Origin: Neoechinorhynchus agilis
Lineage: Eukaryota; Animalia; Acanthocephala
Length of the DNA stretch: 64,000 bases
Reading direction: 5' to 3'
NCBI GenBank assembly: GCA_051530055.1
Contig: CM121341.1
Location: forward strand, 11,200,784 to 11,264,783
Shown: positions 37,009 through 50,522 of the stretch, piece by piece
Layout: each line of letters opens with the position of its first letter
How positions within the stretch are numbered: position 1 is the stretch's first letter
Notes under the pieces: generated by a model
Seen by the model: the letters and a program-made list of their open reading frames with translations, nothing else
What the model was told of the DNA's origin: nothing
Database searches by the model: none
Program-made: the position numbers and the translations under genes

Positions 37009-38191
37009 CTACACCATTCCTTTAGCCATGTTTGCGTAGTTTGCACCAACGCAACAGATTACAAGGTCATTTTGATCGTCGACCATATTACTCGGTTCAT
37101 CATCGAACGCAAACTCCAACTCATTAAAAGTATCCTTTATAAGTCTTAATACATTTACGGTGGCTTGAGTAAGACCGCCACGTCCCACATTGACTCTTGA
37201 GACGTCCGGTTTGTTTAAAGCCGCATACAGAGCAACGAGCCACTGAGCGCACGAATCAACGCATCCACCTCTATAGATTCCGAGAATAAGTTCTCTGGTT
37301 GCTTCCGCAGCGACTTCGCTTCCAGTGACCAATCGTCGCGAGTCTCCTTCCAAATGATAAGCTTCACCGCAATAGAACTCACCGGAGTTAGTTTCGGCTA
37401 CTAAAAACACACCGAACATCCTTACCGTCTGTGTCTTCGTTCTTTTCCGTTCCATTGTGATGTAGACATCAGGAATAAAGTTTAAAAAGGTGAGCTTTAC
37501 ACAAGGCGATCATCTTCGCTTAAAGACGTCGATGATGACTACACCTACGGGATACAGTATGGATCATTTCGTTAAGAATAGATGTACTAACTCCTCCGCT
37601 ACCCACAGAAAGTCCTCGGATTCTTTTCACACGACCGCATTTACACAGATTAATTGGCTTCAAAGATAAAGATACGGGATCTGATCGGATTTCAACCCGG
37701 CCGTCCATCCCTGCATGTCGAGCAATAACGCGAACATGAATCTCGTTTCCGTCCATGAATCGGTTAAGAACCGGTACTACGGTTCTACAGAGGCGATCAA
37801 CTGATGGATCCATCGCATTTCCATTCGAACTCATACACACCGATCCAATGAGCGTAATTTGAAGTCTTTCTTTGGTAAATGGGCAAACGGCGAGTAAACA
37901 TTCTAAATAATAACCAATTGGTCTAATTCCCGTACATTCGTGCTTTATATCAGTACCGCCTTTTAAAATTCCAGGATGAAATCTAAGCGACGTTCCAGTT
38001 CGGTTTATAATGGTCCGCGTACCGTTCGTAATGTTATCGATCAGACGAAGAAGAGATAGCTCGTGGTCGTGAAGACCTACGCTCCCTTCACTGACGTCTG
38101 ATCGAATGTCCTCTATGATAATTGGACGTTGAGAAAGAAGAGATACGAGTATACGCTGTCGAAAAAACTCTGATCCACGAAACTTTTTCAT
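37009..38191 (-). CDS. RCL1: RNA 3'-terminal phosphate cyclase-like protein; exons 38191-37556 and 37494-37009
   Basis: FRQRILVSLLS.RPIIIEDIR, LLRLIDNITNGT, FHPGIL.GG, IGYYLE, FIPDVYI, LVAET, GGCVDS, CVGANYANMAK. One 61-nt GT-AG intron. Confidence 0.9.
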
Positions 38192-38508
38192 CTTTTAAAG
38201 ACATTGAAGAAGTACAATTCTGTCCAACAATCGAGAAACTGAGTTTTCGAACCATATCAAACGTTAAGTCCTCATAAATAGAGAGCTTCCACGCCGTCTA
38301 AGCACGGATCTGATGAATTAAACACTCACAACATCAAAAAGAACTTCGATTAGCGTAAATTTAAGAAATATTCTGGGATTATTATCTTTGGGGGAAAAGA
38401 TACTTTCTTTTTCTTAGTTTTGCAACCCAATGAGGATTTAAGTTCACTAATTTATTTCCCCGATATTTCACTTCTCGGATAATTCCGACATTTATTAGTA
38501 CTTTTAAG

Positions 38509-38800
38509 CCAGATTTATTATCGAACGGAAAATGGGTGTTTTATTTGTTTATTGCTTCAAATTTTCGACGCCTTGCGTCTTCGTCAGGAAGCTTTTCTTC
38601 GGTTGTCTGAAAAGGAATCAGAGGAGGGCAACGCTGTCCGTTAATGCTCAATAAGAGGGATGAGCTAACGGACAGCGTTGCCCTCCTCTGATTCCTTTTC
38701 AGACAACCGAAGAAAAGCTTCCTGACGAAGACGCAAGGCGTCGAAAATTTGAAGCAATAAACAAATAAAACACCCATTTTCCGTTCGATAATAAATCTGG
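38509..38800. repeat. Palindrome with 135-bp perfect arms and a 22-nt loop; hammerhead-like core in each arm
   Basis: 38509-38643 is the reverse complement of 38666-38800. The core is at 38717-38755 (+) and mirrored at 38554-38592 (-). Confidence 0.95.
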
Positions 38801-40268
38801 AATAAACATGAGGGTGTTAGGAAAAGAGGCTTTCCATAATATTAAGTACTTTTAAGTGTTAATAAAACGTTTAAACCATGATAAACCTTGGGAAGATGTC
38901 GGAGTTATCCGAATCCGGCGGAATGGCAAAACTACCACAAGAAAGTAGGAAATATTAAGTTGATTTCGCGATTGGTTAAATGGCGCGCCCAAAAAGCTGC
39001 TGAAGGATAATGAGATATTAACGACGACGTCACGAACTGTCATTGTATCGCCCTCCAACAGAACAGAATGAAAATGTCGATTGATTATAATTTTAAGGGC
39101 AAATGAGGTTTTAAGCGTTCGCTGCTGAATTTGAGCACTTAGAGCACCGATCTGGGTAAGGGAAGCGATGGTCTGCACAAAATGCCCATGACCGTACTTC
39201 CCCGCCCGGATCCTCAGACACCTCCCGAGGAAGTGGGACTAATCAGTGAGTTTCTTGCTAATCTCAGCGGTAACGGATTTTGAACCCCCTTTGACCCTGA
39301 AACAATGATTAGGAGCTCTAGTCCACTGGAGCATTTATGCTAACTCAAAGGAAAGTATGAGAATGTGGCTTTTAAAATGTTTTCTAACCCTAACGGAATA
39401 GATGTCTCGCTATGTACATTCACGAGATCTCAATTCAATGTCGAAGGAAGAGCTTTTCCGTAGGAAAACATCGGAGTTGGTGTTTATTTGCGAAAAGCAA
39501 CAATTAAGGCGAATAATTCGCCACTTCATGGGCGGAACTATCAGTGCCTTTAAGCAGGAACTTTAAAGTCGTCCCCTTTGAACATGAGCAAAACTCTCGT
39601 AATCTCAATTCATTTCATCGTCCATATTTTCCCCCAATCTTCTCGGATATCTTGACCCGATATGAAAAGGAAGAAAGACTTAAAACTCCTACAAAAAAAT
39701 AACCACCAACTTTTCCACCCGCCCGGACTCGTAATCTACTCCAAAATCAACAACCTTATTGATTGAACAAATCAGAACTCGAGTTCCAATTTTTTTGGAT
39801 TAAGAAATAAACGTGTAATTATTAAATAGTAGTCAGCTAGCCAGACTTAAAAAGATAAAATAATTCAATACTTGCCTCGAGATTTAAATTTAGCAGAGTT
39901 TGTACACTCCGAAGTTGTGTCGAGGTATCCAGTGGACTTTAGCGAAAGGGAGAAGAAAACTCACTGATGAGTCCCATCTCCTCGTTACGTACCTGAAGAT
40001 TCGGCCTCCCCAAATTCATTTAAATAAACAATTCGAGTTTTTGAATGACGTAACCAAAAACTAGCGTGACAATGTTCTTTACCAAAACTCGTAGCATTCT
40101 TCCGGAATTTTACAAGAGACGGTCATAAGAAAACAAACGTTGTTTTAAAAGTGAAGTTTGTATACGTTTTGAGAAAAGGTTTCTTTTGAGTCTTTCCCAT
40201 AAGCAACGGAAGACTCAGTGTTCGTCTATTGTGAGAACTGCTCTTTTTTGTCACCTCCAGCGCTAAAG

Positions 40269-43200
40269 ATGCCTTCGATATTGAATGATGAACGTTATCA
40301 GGACCTGTGGAGGGAGCTCGAACCTCAATTGCAATCGATAATGGACAGGACACCAATTCGTTGTGCCCAATACATGGACCTTTACACTAAGATCTTTAAG
40401 TTCTATTCGACGTCCAATTTAATAGCGCCAAAACCGTCTAACAGTCAAAATGTTCCATTTTACCATCAAAGAATATTCACAGCTGACATATGTCGAAAAC
40501 TGGCTAGTTTGTTCACCGTTAACCTTGAACGAGTGTACATTAAGCTAAAGGATCTTATTGGTGGAGATGGAATGAATTTACTTCGAGCTTATGCAGACGA
40601 ATGGGAGCAGTTTGAGCCGAGTCTTCGAATGATCGACGGCATTTTTTCGTATGTAAATCGATATTGGAGCACACGGTTGACTTCACGGTACTTGGGAGAA
40701 ACGCTCAAGGATGCTCTAGAGGTCACGTCCGTCTACGGTGAAGGAATTCTGTATTGGCAATCAGTTGTGGTTGAACGATTGGCCCCTCGCCTTACGGAAT
40801 ATTGCCTGGCTATCATCAGTGAAAAACGAACTGTGAACTCTGATTGTCCGGAAAAGGAAGAGCTCCTTTTGAAGGTCACTGACACTTATGTTTGTCTAGG
40901 ATATAATGTCAGGGAAAAGTATATTAAGGATCAGTCAACTAATCGAAAAAAGCATATCGGATTCTTTAGTGAGAAAAGACCAAGGAGGGTTTGGGGCGGT
41001 TCGATATGAATTTTACAATACCTGTCCTTATCCAAAAACGATTTAAAACAATTGGTTTTTATTTTCGAACCAATATTTCGAAGTTTTGACCCCGAAAAAG
41101 GAGTAAAACTCCCAAATATTCGTTTGAAAAGGACAATCGATAATCCCTCTTCTTTTGGAATGTTTCCGTGTTCAATTCTCGGTTTCGTCTAAAGCGCTTT
41201 TCTCGGTCTTAATAAAACGAAGCTTCCGTCGAGTGTTTCCCTGACACCGGTGGTTGATCTCGTCCTCAATATTAAAGATTCAGAAGGAACCTTATACTAC
41301 AAGCAATATTTTCACGAGGCTTTCATTCAAACCACTATGGAATTCTTCGCAGCGGAAAGTTCATCTCTTATTGCTAAAAATGATATGGGCATTGAACGGT
41401 ACTTGAGTGCATATTTTGAACGTCTTTCCCAAGAAACGGACCGCGTTAACACTCTACTTCATCATTCCAGCTTAGAAAGTCTTCAGAAAACCATTGAGAA
41501 AACTTACATTCTTGACCAAATAGAGTTTATTTTCACGGAAGCTCAGCGACTCCTTGAACATCACACCAGTGAATCAAGTCAAGTTCATCTACGTCAAATA
41601 TTCGAGCTTTGTCTAAAACACGATGATATTCTACGTCGCCTCCGTGATATGTTTGAACGCCATGTTTACGAGTCTGGAATGGAAGCGATCAATGTGTTGA
41701 TAAAGAAAATCGAAGGATCCGGCAGTAAAAGTCTACAGCAATTAGAACCAGCGGATTATGTGGAAACTATTCTTGCTCTGCATAGGTCATTTAGTCACCT
41801 CAATCGAACTTCGTTTCCGAACTCGAACATGTTCAACACTGCCATGGACAAAGCTTTTGCGAAATTTGTTAACTCTAATATAATAACTGAGAGTACATCT
41901 AATGATAGTGGAGGACACACTTCAAAATCCCCTGAACTTCTGGCTCGGTATTGCGATCTTGTTATTAGGAAAAAGACGAAAAGCTTTGAGAGTGATGATG
42001 TAGATGAATGCCTAAAGAACGCCATGATTGTTTTTAACTATATTGAGGACAAGGACGTGTTTGAGAAGTTCTATGGAAAGCTTTTAGCGAGACGACTTGT
42101 AGCTCTTGGAAGTATTGATCAGAACATTGAGACCGATATGATTGATCGGTTAAAGGTGAGTACTATCCCAAAATGCGTAATTCGAGTCCCATTCTGAACG
42201 CTTGATTTGTTAACTATTTGTCCGTCGACCTGTACTTCATTTACCCAGCACAATTTAAACTGGTTTAAGTTTCTCGTCCGAAATGGCAAGCTTCTGCTAT
42301 TTTAGTAGACATTTGAAAAATCATGCAGTTCGTTAGGTACATAGTTGAATTTGAGATGCGACCTTGGTCTATTCATCATCTCAAAATTTTAAATAACATT
42401 TCCTTTTCCAAACCTACAGACATGTTGTGGATTTGAATATACTCAGAAACTGCACCGAATGTTTTCGGACGTTTCGTCTAGCAGAACCCTCAATGATGAG
42501 CTACATGAAGAACTTCGTACAAAGTTTGGATTTGAATTTAGTGCGACAATAGCTACTACGGGCGCTTGGCCGTTTTCTGGACAAACACCAGAATTTAACA
42601 AACTCCAAGTATTCGCAAATGCATGCAATCTATTCGATGAACGGTATCAATCTCACCACAGTGGTCGTAAACTCACGTGGCTTCCACAACTCGGCCGAGT
42701 GGAAATGCGAGCCACATTCGGCACTACATCGCCAAGACAATACCTTCTTCAATTGTCGGAATATCAAGCCACGGTGCTTGCAGTGTTCAACGATATCTCT
42801 GCGGATCCTATTTCCTTGACCAACCTGGTGGAGAAAACGGGTCTTCAAGTGAGCATTGTCGAGCAGATCATGGCTATCTTTGTAAAGTCCAAGATTGTTG
42901 TCATGACCACTGATCAAAGGTATCGAGTGAATGATGATTTCGTCAGTAAACGATACAAAATCAACCTTAACTATCCACTCAAAACGGAACTTAGGCAGGA
43001 CAGTGAGCACACGGAGAAGCGTGTCAGTGAGGACAGAGCTTTAATGATAATGGTGAATTTTGGTTTAATGCTCTTGCAATCATTCAATGTTCCCTTTAGG
43101 CAAGTATTGTAAGGGTCATGAAGGGAAGGAAAGTTGCAAAGGCGGATAGTCTAATAGAAGATGTTATCTCTGTACTTAAGTCGAGGTTCAGACCTAAAGT

Positions 43201-43349
43201 TGCGGACATTAAAGTACGTAGATTTGGTTATTTTACTTTTGAGCTAACTTAAATCTTAGCGATCCATAGAAAGCTGTATTGAAAAGGAATATATCGCAAA
43301 GGATGAGGATGGTAACGAATCTACAACATCCTACAAATATCTGGCATGA
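40269..43349 (+). CDS. Cullin (CUL1-like, divergent)
   Basis: YMDLYTKIF, IDGIFSYVNRYW, KSPELLARYCD, DKDVFEKFYGKLLARRL, CGFEYTQKLHRMF, RKLTWL, neddylation motif IVRVMKGRK, C-terminal YKYLA. GT-AG introns at 42156-42419, 43053-43099 and 43214-43259; the first intron (about 40900-41220) is not precisely resolved. Confidence 0.9.
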
Positions 43350-44881
43350 AATGTGTTTTAAATTTTTATGTCGGCTAAAAAGTCCAGTGTTATAAGAGTG
43401 ACACGAATCCTAAGACACATTAACATAGGTATTTTTAAAGAAATTTCCTCATTTAATGATTCACAAAAGTCAATATCGCAGTAGCTATGATTTCCAAGAT
43501 CACGTTATTGAAGATCGATTCCAGTTTATGTTGTCATTTAATACTTAAATGTAAATTTGGAAATTAAATTGAAATTTCATGACAATTTGAACTCGATTCT
43601 CAGCGAACTAATTCGAAACGTTTCCGAATATGACACCTAAGAAACACCATTCTAGGAAGCTTAATAATTTTACTAATTTCGATTTATTTATTTTGCGATA
43701 TTTAAATCATAGCTGATTGTCGTAAATTTTAAAGGTTTTAAAGCAGTCTAGTCTGCAAATCGAACAAATATTTTGTTGATTTTAGGCGCCGTAATTTATC
43801 AAAAGTATTCCGGTGGGTAAACCACTGCAGTGTATGAGATTCACCGATGCGACTTGAGAGCTAAATTGACAAGCATCTGGGTGGGCCGAAATGAATCATT
43901 GAAGGTGTTACTTCAAAACCTTCTTTAAAACTCAGAAGTTCTTTTAATGTCACTGAGTACAAAAATAGTTGCCTTCTCGCAATACCTTTTTGCAATTTTT
44001 AGGATTAATCAGCGTCATAACCCGATTTTTAGAACTCCAGTGCACAGATCCTAAAATATTACCATCTTCATAAGTCTTTTCAATTATTGTTTTGAAAAAA
44101 TGCATTACTACTCAAACGTTAAAAGTATAATCACTTTTAATCGTAATCGAGTTTGCGATGTCAGCGCATGAAGATGATTCTCGTTTTATTTTGCTGTAAA
44201 CTTTTGGCTTTGGTAAGACAGAAAATGCTATCAAAAATATCGAATATCCATATTATAAATTTTATCTTAAATTCTTAGACAGATTTACTTTTTCAAGTGT
44301 AACGTTTTCCGACACCAATATATGGAAGGTTTCTCCGCATGGTATCATTTTAAGAATAATTCGTTGAATTAAATTGGTTACTATTCGTGTGACTTTAGTA
44401 AGATTTTATCTAAAATTTAAGTCTACAAAACTGACGAAATTCGGCATTAATGGCATTTTTATTCTACGAATTAAAATATTAGGTATGATCTTATATCGAC
44501 GAACATTTTTCACATGCGATTATTGTTATACTTGTATAAATTAAAGTTAAGCAACTGGTCAAGCCTGAGCAAAGACATTCTTACTCCATTTATAAATCGT
44601 CACTTGAATTAAAAAATTGGATGCACTAGATTCAAGGTAGCCTAAAAGTAGATTAAACTTTCATGAAAAAATGTGTCTTCAAATGCAAGGTAAAATTGTA
44701 TATCGACGAAAAACAAAAATATCGATCGAAATACATTGCAATATAAAGTTATTATGTATCAAAGGTTCATTAAACGGTAAATTCTTATTTTGCATCCAGT
44801 AAATCTTTAAATCACGACATTTGAGAACGTTTCACATCATTGCATTTCGAAATTAAAAAAAACCTGTATAATTTTTGAAAT

Positions 44882-45260
44882 TCAATCAATCTTCATTTCT
44901 CGACAATTTCCAGCTTTTGTCCATCCTCGACCGTCGCCATCACGCTGGCAGCATTGTCCCGTTGTACTGCTAGCGAGATATTTTGTCGAAGGAATACGCC
45001 TGCTCTTGAGTCTCCGGTTGCCTCTCTCAATTTCTTCGAGAGATTCTGGAGCAGAGAGAGTGCCGAGCTGCCGAGCGCTCCATACGTCTCTACCCCAAAC
45101 GGGATAAAATAGTGAGCCCTCGATAAGTGAAGATATTTCCGTATTTTCCTCCCTTCCGCTGCACTGGCGGCACCACCGGCGATTTCGAGGGAGTAGGGGA
45201 TGTTGCTGGCTGCGAGGGTATCCACACACGTGGCGTCCCAGAGAAGGCTGCTCTTCGTGG
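44882..45260 (-). mobile_element. 3' RLE fragment of a CRE-like retrotransposon
   Basis: DTLAASN...GGAASAAEGRKIRKY...FIPFGVETYGALG...FLRQNISLAVQRDNAASV. Confidence 0.8.
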
Positions 45261-45699
45261 TTTTTACTGTGATATAAACAGATTACTGTTTGAGCCAAAA
45301 TGGATTATTGGAGCATATAATTTTACAATCACGAATCGTCAGTTTTTGGTAATTTACGTTTTTTAAAAACTGGAACCTGTCGTCCTTAAGTTTTTATAGA
45401 ATTTTGACCATGCGATGATTATATACTTCTCAACATTAATAAAAAATATTGTATACTTTTCAAATCGATGCGAGTTCTAAGATACGTTTCCGAGAAATCG
45501 CGAATAAAGAATAAGAAATTATGTGTCTCAATAAAGACCAATTTTGTAGCTTACGTAAAATATAAGGGTTTGAATTTAGATATTTTATTTTCGGAGGGAT
45601 TATGATCACCAGAGCTCCAGCTCTATCATCCCGATTGATTTTCCCTGTCGATAATTACAACGCTTTGAGATTTTTTATTAATTACTTCGGTACATCAGA

Positions 45700-47560
45700 T
45701 TTTTGAGCGGGCGCGTTTCTTCGAAACTCGCAGACGGAGATATCAGAGGAGCAGTTTGTCTTTTATCATCAATGGACAGTCTCGCCAAAGATAACGAAGA
45801 AACTTCACGAACTCTGCATTCCAAACATCCGAGTGATGGCAGTCGGCAGTATTTTGAAGAATCCTCGTTCTTCGATGCGATCCCTCAATTTTTATCACCG
45901 AAATCAGAATTGACGATGACAAACTCATTATTTGCCAACGGATCAGCTCAAGGTTTTGACGGGTTCCGGCCCATACATTAAAAGGATATGACTTCCTTTT
46001 CAATAGGTGGCGCTGCTTAGTCCCTTGAGAATGCATAGACACATACATCTAGTCGACAATTCCAAAAATGATTGAGCTGTTTTTCGGCTCATCGCTGTGT
46101 GCCCTAGTGAAAAGGAAGAAAGGATTCGTCAAAATTGCAATTGGAACAACTCTGCGCCGCCTAACAGCAATAATTTTAAATAAGAGGATCGCTGAAAATG
46201 TAGGGATGCAGCTTCGCCCGGCTCAGTTGGGCTGCTGTACACCTTGTGGCGCAGAGGCGATTGTTCATTAACTCCGCACGTTCATCATCGTAAACTCAAA
46301 GCCGTGCGTGATCTTGAAATGTTATTTCAAAAATGCATTCAACACAGTTCACCGAGCAGATTTGCTCGAAGTAGTTAGAGATCACACATCAGTAGCATTT
46401 CGCAATTTCGTTAATGCCAATGGGTAAGCAAACTCTCTTGTTGTCCAATAACCACGGTTTGCGGTCAGAAAGAGGAGTTCAACAAGGGGATCCTTTCAGC
46501 TCAATAGCCTTCTCACTCTCAGTCAATCCCGTCGCGCATTCTCTAAAGTCCAGCTTTAAGGGCTGGTACTTGGCTGATGCCACGCTCGAGGGTAACCCCT
46601 CTGTTGCACTGTGCAATTTGGAGACACTCGTGAAGGAGAGGCCGAAAATTGTCATTGAATTGAAATCTGCGAAATGCTATATTTTAGTGATGAACGTAAA
46701 CTATCGTGGAAGATTTTCAGAACCTGGCTATCGGAATAGAATTGATCACTCTAGACCGGTTGAGTCTTCTAGAAAGTTGCATTTTTGGTTCTAATGTTGA
46801 AGCAGAGATTATCAATCTTCAACCATAACTTTCGGTAATGTGTGAACGATTTGATGAGTTATCTTCACATGAAGGCTCTGTTCCTGATCAAGAACACCCT
46901 CTTTATTCCAAAACTGCTGAATAAGCTACGCGCAGCACATTTTTTAGACATAAAAATAAGCTGGCAAAATTAGACGAGACAGGCTGGTTCGACGGTTTAA
47001 GTATCCGAATCGAAGCCGATATTTCTCTGCCAGCTTCTTTGGGATGGTATGAAGTAAGCCGCAAAATAGTTCAATTCGTTCTTGGCGAGAATTACGCTTT
47101 GGATGGAGATTTCGTGGAGGCGTTTAATCTTTGGTGTGGAGATTCAGGCAGCGAGCAAGTACCCTCCAATGGTTGCAAGCAATTAGTTTGGAACTCACCC
47201 CTGATAGCCGCAATTCATAACTCTTTAATTTCTCCTAGAGCCGAGCAATCTTTGCCGACTCGATGGCCACCGTAGGATGGACGATGTCACGGTATTCCCT
47301 TGGCGAAGGGCGATAAATGCCTTCTCTGGGACGCCATTCTCAGCCGGCGACACAAAATTCGCCACGATTAAACCGGAGGGGAGCAGCAACCGCCGCTAAG
47401 GAACGCAAAAGGACAAAATACAGGGACTCGAGTTGAAATCATTAGTTTGTTTCCTTTGGCATCGAGATGCTCTGGTCGTTTGGTACCGCGGCGCAGAACT
47501 TGGTCAAACAATTGTCTAATAGATTGAGACGAATCACTGGCGATTGCGAGTAAAACAACA
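45700..47560 (+). mobile_element. Degraded CRE-like retrotransposon (RT plus RLE remnants)
   Basis: GDIRGAV, IAIGTTLRRL, QLGC..P.GAEAIVH, FKNAFNTV.R, GVQQGDP, WYLAD.TL, and an RLE-end match to 26424-26670. Many stops and frameshifts. Confidence 0.8.
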
Positions 47561-47674
47561 ACAAATCCCACCTTTAGGTTAGATCAAGATTTCGAAACGA
47601 AATATTATTATTTTGTGTTACTCCTCCCTTCCGAACCGCGACAGCACTTGACGTTATAGTTTGACGTAATAGTT

Positions 47675-47799
47675 GTTGTTTTATGGCGAAGAAATTAAAA
47701 TGGACTTTATTTTCAACACAAGGCTGTTAAAATGTCAAATCCGCACTTTATCGGATTTTTGAAAAAGTCCATTTTGATTTCTGTGCGCCATAAAACAAC
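47675..47799. repeat. Imperfect foldback with gttgttttatggcg termini
   Basis: gttgttttatggcg...aaaatggacttt pairs with aaagtccatttt...cgccataaaacaac. Same terminal motif as 19685-19827. Confidence 0.7.
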
Positions 47800-48449
47800 C
47801 ACTTTACGAATTAGTCAATCTTCAAACATACAACGTTAAAAAGTCTTTAAAAAACTAGATTTATACAAAATCTGAACACTTATTTGACTTACCTGATTTG
47901 TTTTTAAAATATGGGATTCATGTCATGCGTAAGAGAAGAAAAGAGAATCTAAAAGGCAAAAAACCGCACCGAATTGTAAGGAGACCCGCATTCAAAAAAT
48001 TAAATCCAAGCTGCTAGACGATCTTTTTGTGCTATGTTTTGCTAACCTTGGCAAAAAAATCACACACCCAATTCAAACGAGCAACGTACACTCTTCACAT
48101 TTTCCTGGTTCAATTGCGACAGAACTTTGATGACGTAGTCTCGTACGTAAATGCACGGGAAGGAAGAAAAGATTTTCGACGTACTGCGCCTACGCTGCAT
48201 AATTTCATACACTTTTCGCAAATGTCTAACATGAAATGGAGTTGTGCCAATGTGGATTTCGGGATTTCTTCGAAAATGCTTTATTTAGGATTACTGAGAT
48301 AATCTTTCGGTAAACCTCAAGATTACCTACCTTCTTTGCACCGTTGTGTGAAATTCAATGAATCGTGAAAATTCCGTTGAAATTCAACCACAAAAGTGGA
48401 TAGAACCTCTTTCTATAGATCCAAGAAATAGAAATTCGCGTTGCTTGTG

Positions 48450-50230
48450 CAATGGCCACCTCTGATCCGAGTCTTCGTCCATTTATTCTTGAATTGGAAA
48501 TTTATTTGTTTTACACGAACAGTTCTTCGAGCTGGACGTTCCGTGTCCTTCTTTTTCCAACCACCTTCTTTAAGCGTCTTCGTTGGTCCGACTTCGTTGC
48601 CTCCTCGGGTCCGAATCTTCGTCCATTTGTTCTTGAATTCGAGATTAATTTGCTTTACACGAACAGTACGTCGTCCTGGACGTTCCGTGTCCTTATTTAG
48701 AAGAGTTCGTATATTCCACGCGTTTCCAACCACCTTATTTAACCGTCTTCGTTGGTCCGACTTCGTTGCCACCTCTGATCCGAATCTTCGTCCATTTGTT
48801 CTTGAATTGGAAATTTATTTGTTTTACACGAACAGTTCTTCGAGCTGGACGTTCCGTGTCCTTCTTTTTCCAACCACCTTCTTTAAGCGTCTTCGTTGGT
48901 CCGACTTCGTTGCCTCCTCGGGTCCGAATCTTCGTCCATTTGTTCTTGAATTCGAGATTAATTTGCTTTACACGAACAGTACGTCGTCCTGGACGTTCCG
49001 TGTCCTTATTTAGAAGAGTTCGTATATTCCACGCGTTTCCAACCACCTTATTTAACCGTCTTCGTTGGTCCGACTTCGTTGCCACCTCTGATCCGAATCT
49101 TCGTCCATTTGTTCTTGAATTGGAAATTTATTTGTTTTACACGAACAGTTCTTCGGATTAATTTGCTTTACACGAACAGTACTTCGTCCTGGACGTTCCG
49201 TGTCCTTATCCAGAAGAGTTCGTATATTCCACGCGTTTCCAATCATATTCTTTAACCGTCTTCGTTGGTCCGACTTCGTTGCCACCTCTGATCCGAGTCT
49301 TCGTCCATTTATTCTTGAATTGGAAATTTATTTGTTTTACACGAACAGTTCTTCGAGCTGGACGTTCCGTGTCCTTCTTTTTCCAACCACCTTCTTTAAG
49401 CGTCTTCGTTGGTTCTTCGACTTCGTGGTCTCCTCGGGTCCGCGTCTTCGTCCATTTGTTCTTGAATTCGAGATTAATTTGCTTTACACGAACAGTACTT
49501 CGTCCTGGACGTTCCGTGTCCTTATCCAGAAGAGTTCGTATATTCCACGCGTTTCCAACCACCTTCTTTAACCGTCTTCGTTGGTCCGACTTCGTTGTCT
49601 CCTCGGATCCGCGTCTTCGTCCATTTGTTCTTGAATTGGAGATTAATTTGCTTTAAACGAACAGTACTTCGTCCTGGACGTTCCGTGTCCTTATCCAGAA
49701 GAGTTCGAATATTCCACGCGTTTCCAACCACCTTATTTAACCGTCTTCATTGGTCCGACTTCGTTGCCTCCTCGGATCCGCGTCTTCGTCCATTTGTTCT
49801 TGAATTGGAGATTAATTTGCTTTAAACGAACAGTACTTCGTTTTCCAACCACCTTTTTAACGTCTTCATTGGTCCGACTTCGTTGCCTCCTCGGATCCGC
49901 GTCTTCGTCCATTTGTTCTTGAATTGGAGATTAATTTGCTTTAAACGAACAGTACTTCGTTCTGGACGTTCTGTGTCCTTATCCAGAAGAGTTCGTATAT
50001 TCCACGCGTTTCCAACCACCTTCCTTAACCGTCTTCGTTGGTCCGACTTCGTTGCCTCCTCGGATCCGCGTCTTCGTCCATTTGTTCTTGAATTGGAGAT
50101 TAATTTGCTTTAAACGAACAGTTCTTCGTCCTGGACGTTCTGTGCCCTTCTTGTCCAGAAGAGTCCGGATATTCCACGCTTTTCTACTCATCTTCTTTAG
50201 CTGTCTTCGTTTTATCCGACTTCTCCGTTA
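48450..50230 (-). repeat. Tandem array of about 11 units (119-200 bp, mostly 144 or 169) derived from the start of an RTE-type LINE ORF
   Basis: The anchor cttcgtccatt occurs at 48473, 48617, 48786, 48930, 49099, 49299, 49446, 49615, 49784, 49903 and 50072. The minus strand of the long units encodes AWNIRTLLDKDTERP(G/E)R(R/S)T. Confidence 0.85.
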
Positions 50231-50522
50231 AGCCCTTTGGAGTGTTACCGAGATTTAATCGCGTGATCTTAGGTCTTGGCCGGAGATCCGCATGGTTGAT
50301 TGGCAAAACTAGAAGTTGAGACCATAATGTAAGGATTGGGCTTTTACCATATGCCCTTTTGCCCATTAATGTCCAGGGTTTCTAACAGTCCGGCAACGAT
50401 AGTTGTAGAGGGACCTCGAAGTCTTAGCCGTACGGGCGAGCTGGGATGGATTTCTCATACCTGAAAACGATTGATATATCTCAAACGATTGAAATTTTCT
50501 GATTTGTACTCTTTTTCAGACA

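Noticed and set aside
39247-39268. 22-nt gtgagt...ctaat...ctcag intron-like string
   Set aside because: Splicing yields only a 34-aa ORF, and the size is far below the modal intron length here.
39930-39985. ggac...gaaa...ctgatgagtcc hammerhead-like words
   Set aside because: Spacing and stems do not fit any hammerhead topology.
48413-50191. Many overlapping ORFs suggesting a repeat protein
   Set aside because: Unit lengths of 169, 200 and 119 bp shift the frame; this is a non-coding tandem array.
11148-50230. CRISPR-like arrays
   Set aside because: Eukaryotic DNA, and the units repeat over their whole length with no unique spacers.
50510-50522. ttttcag directly before the STIP1 ATG (and before the MARVEL ATG) as evidence of SL trans-splicing
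   Set aside because: A 5' UTR intron explains it equally well; the MARVEL case has an upstream GT donor.
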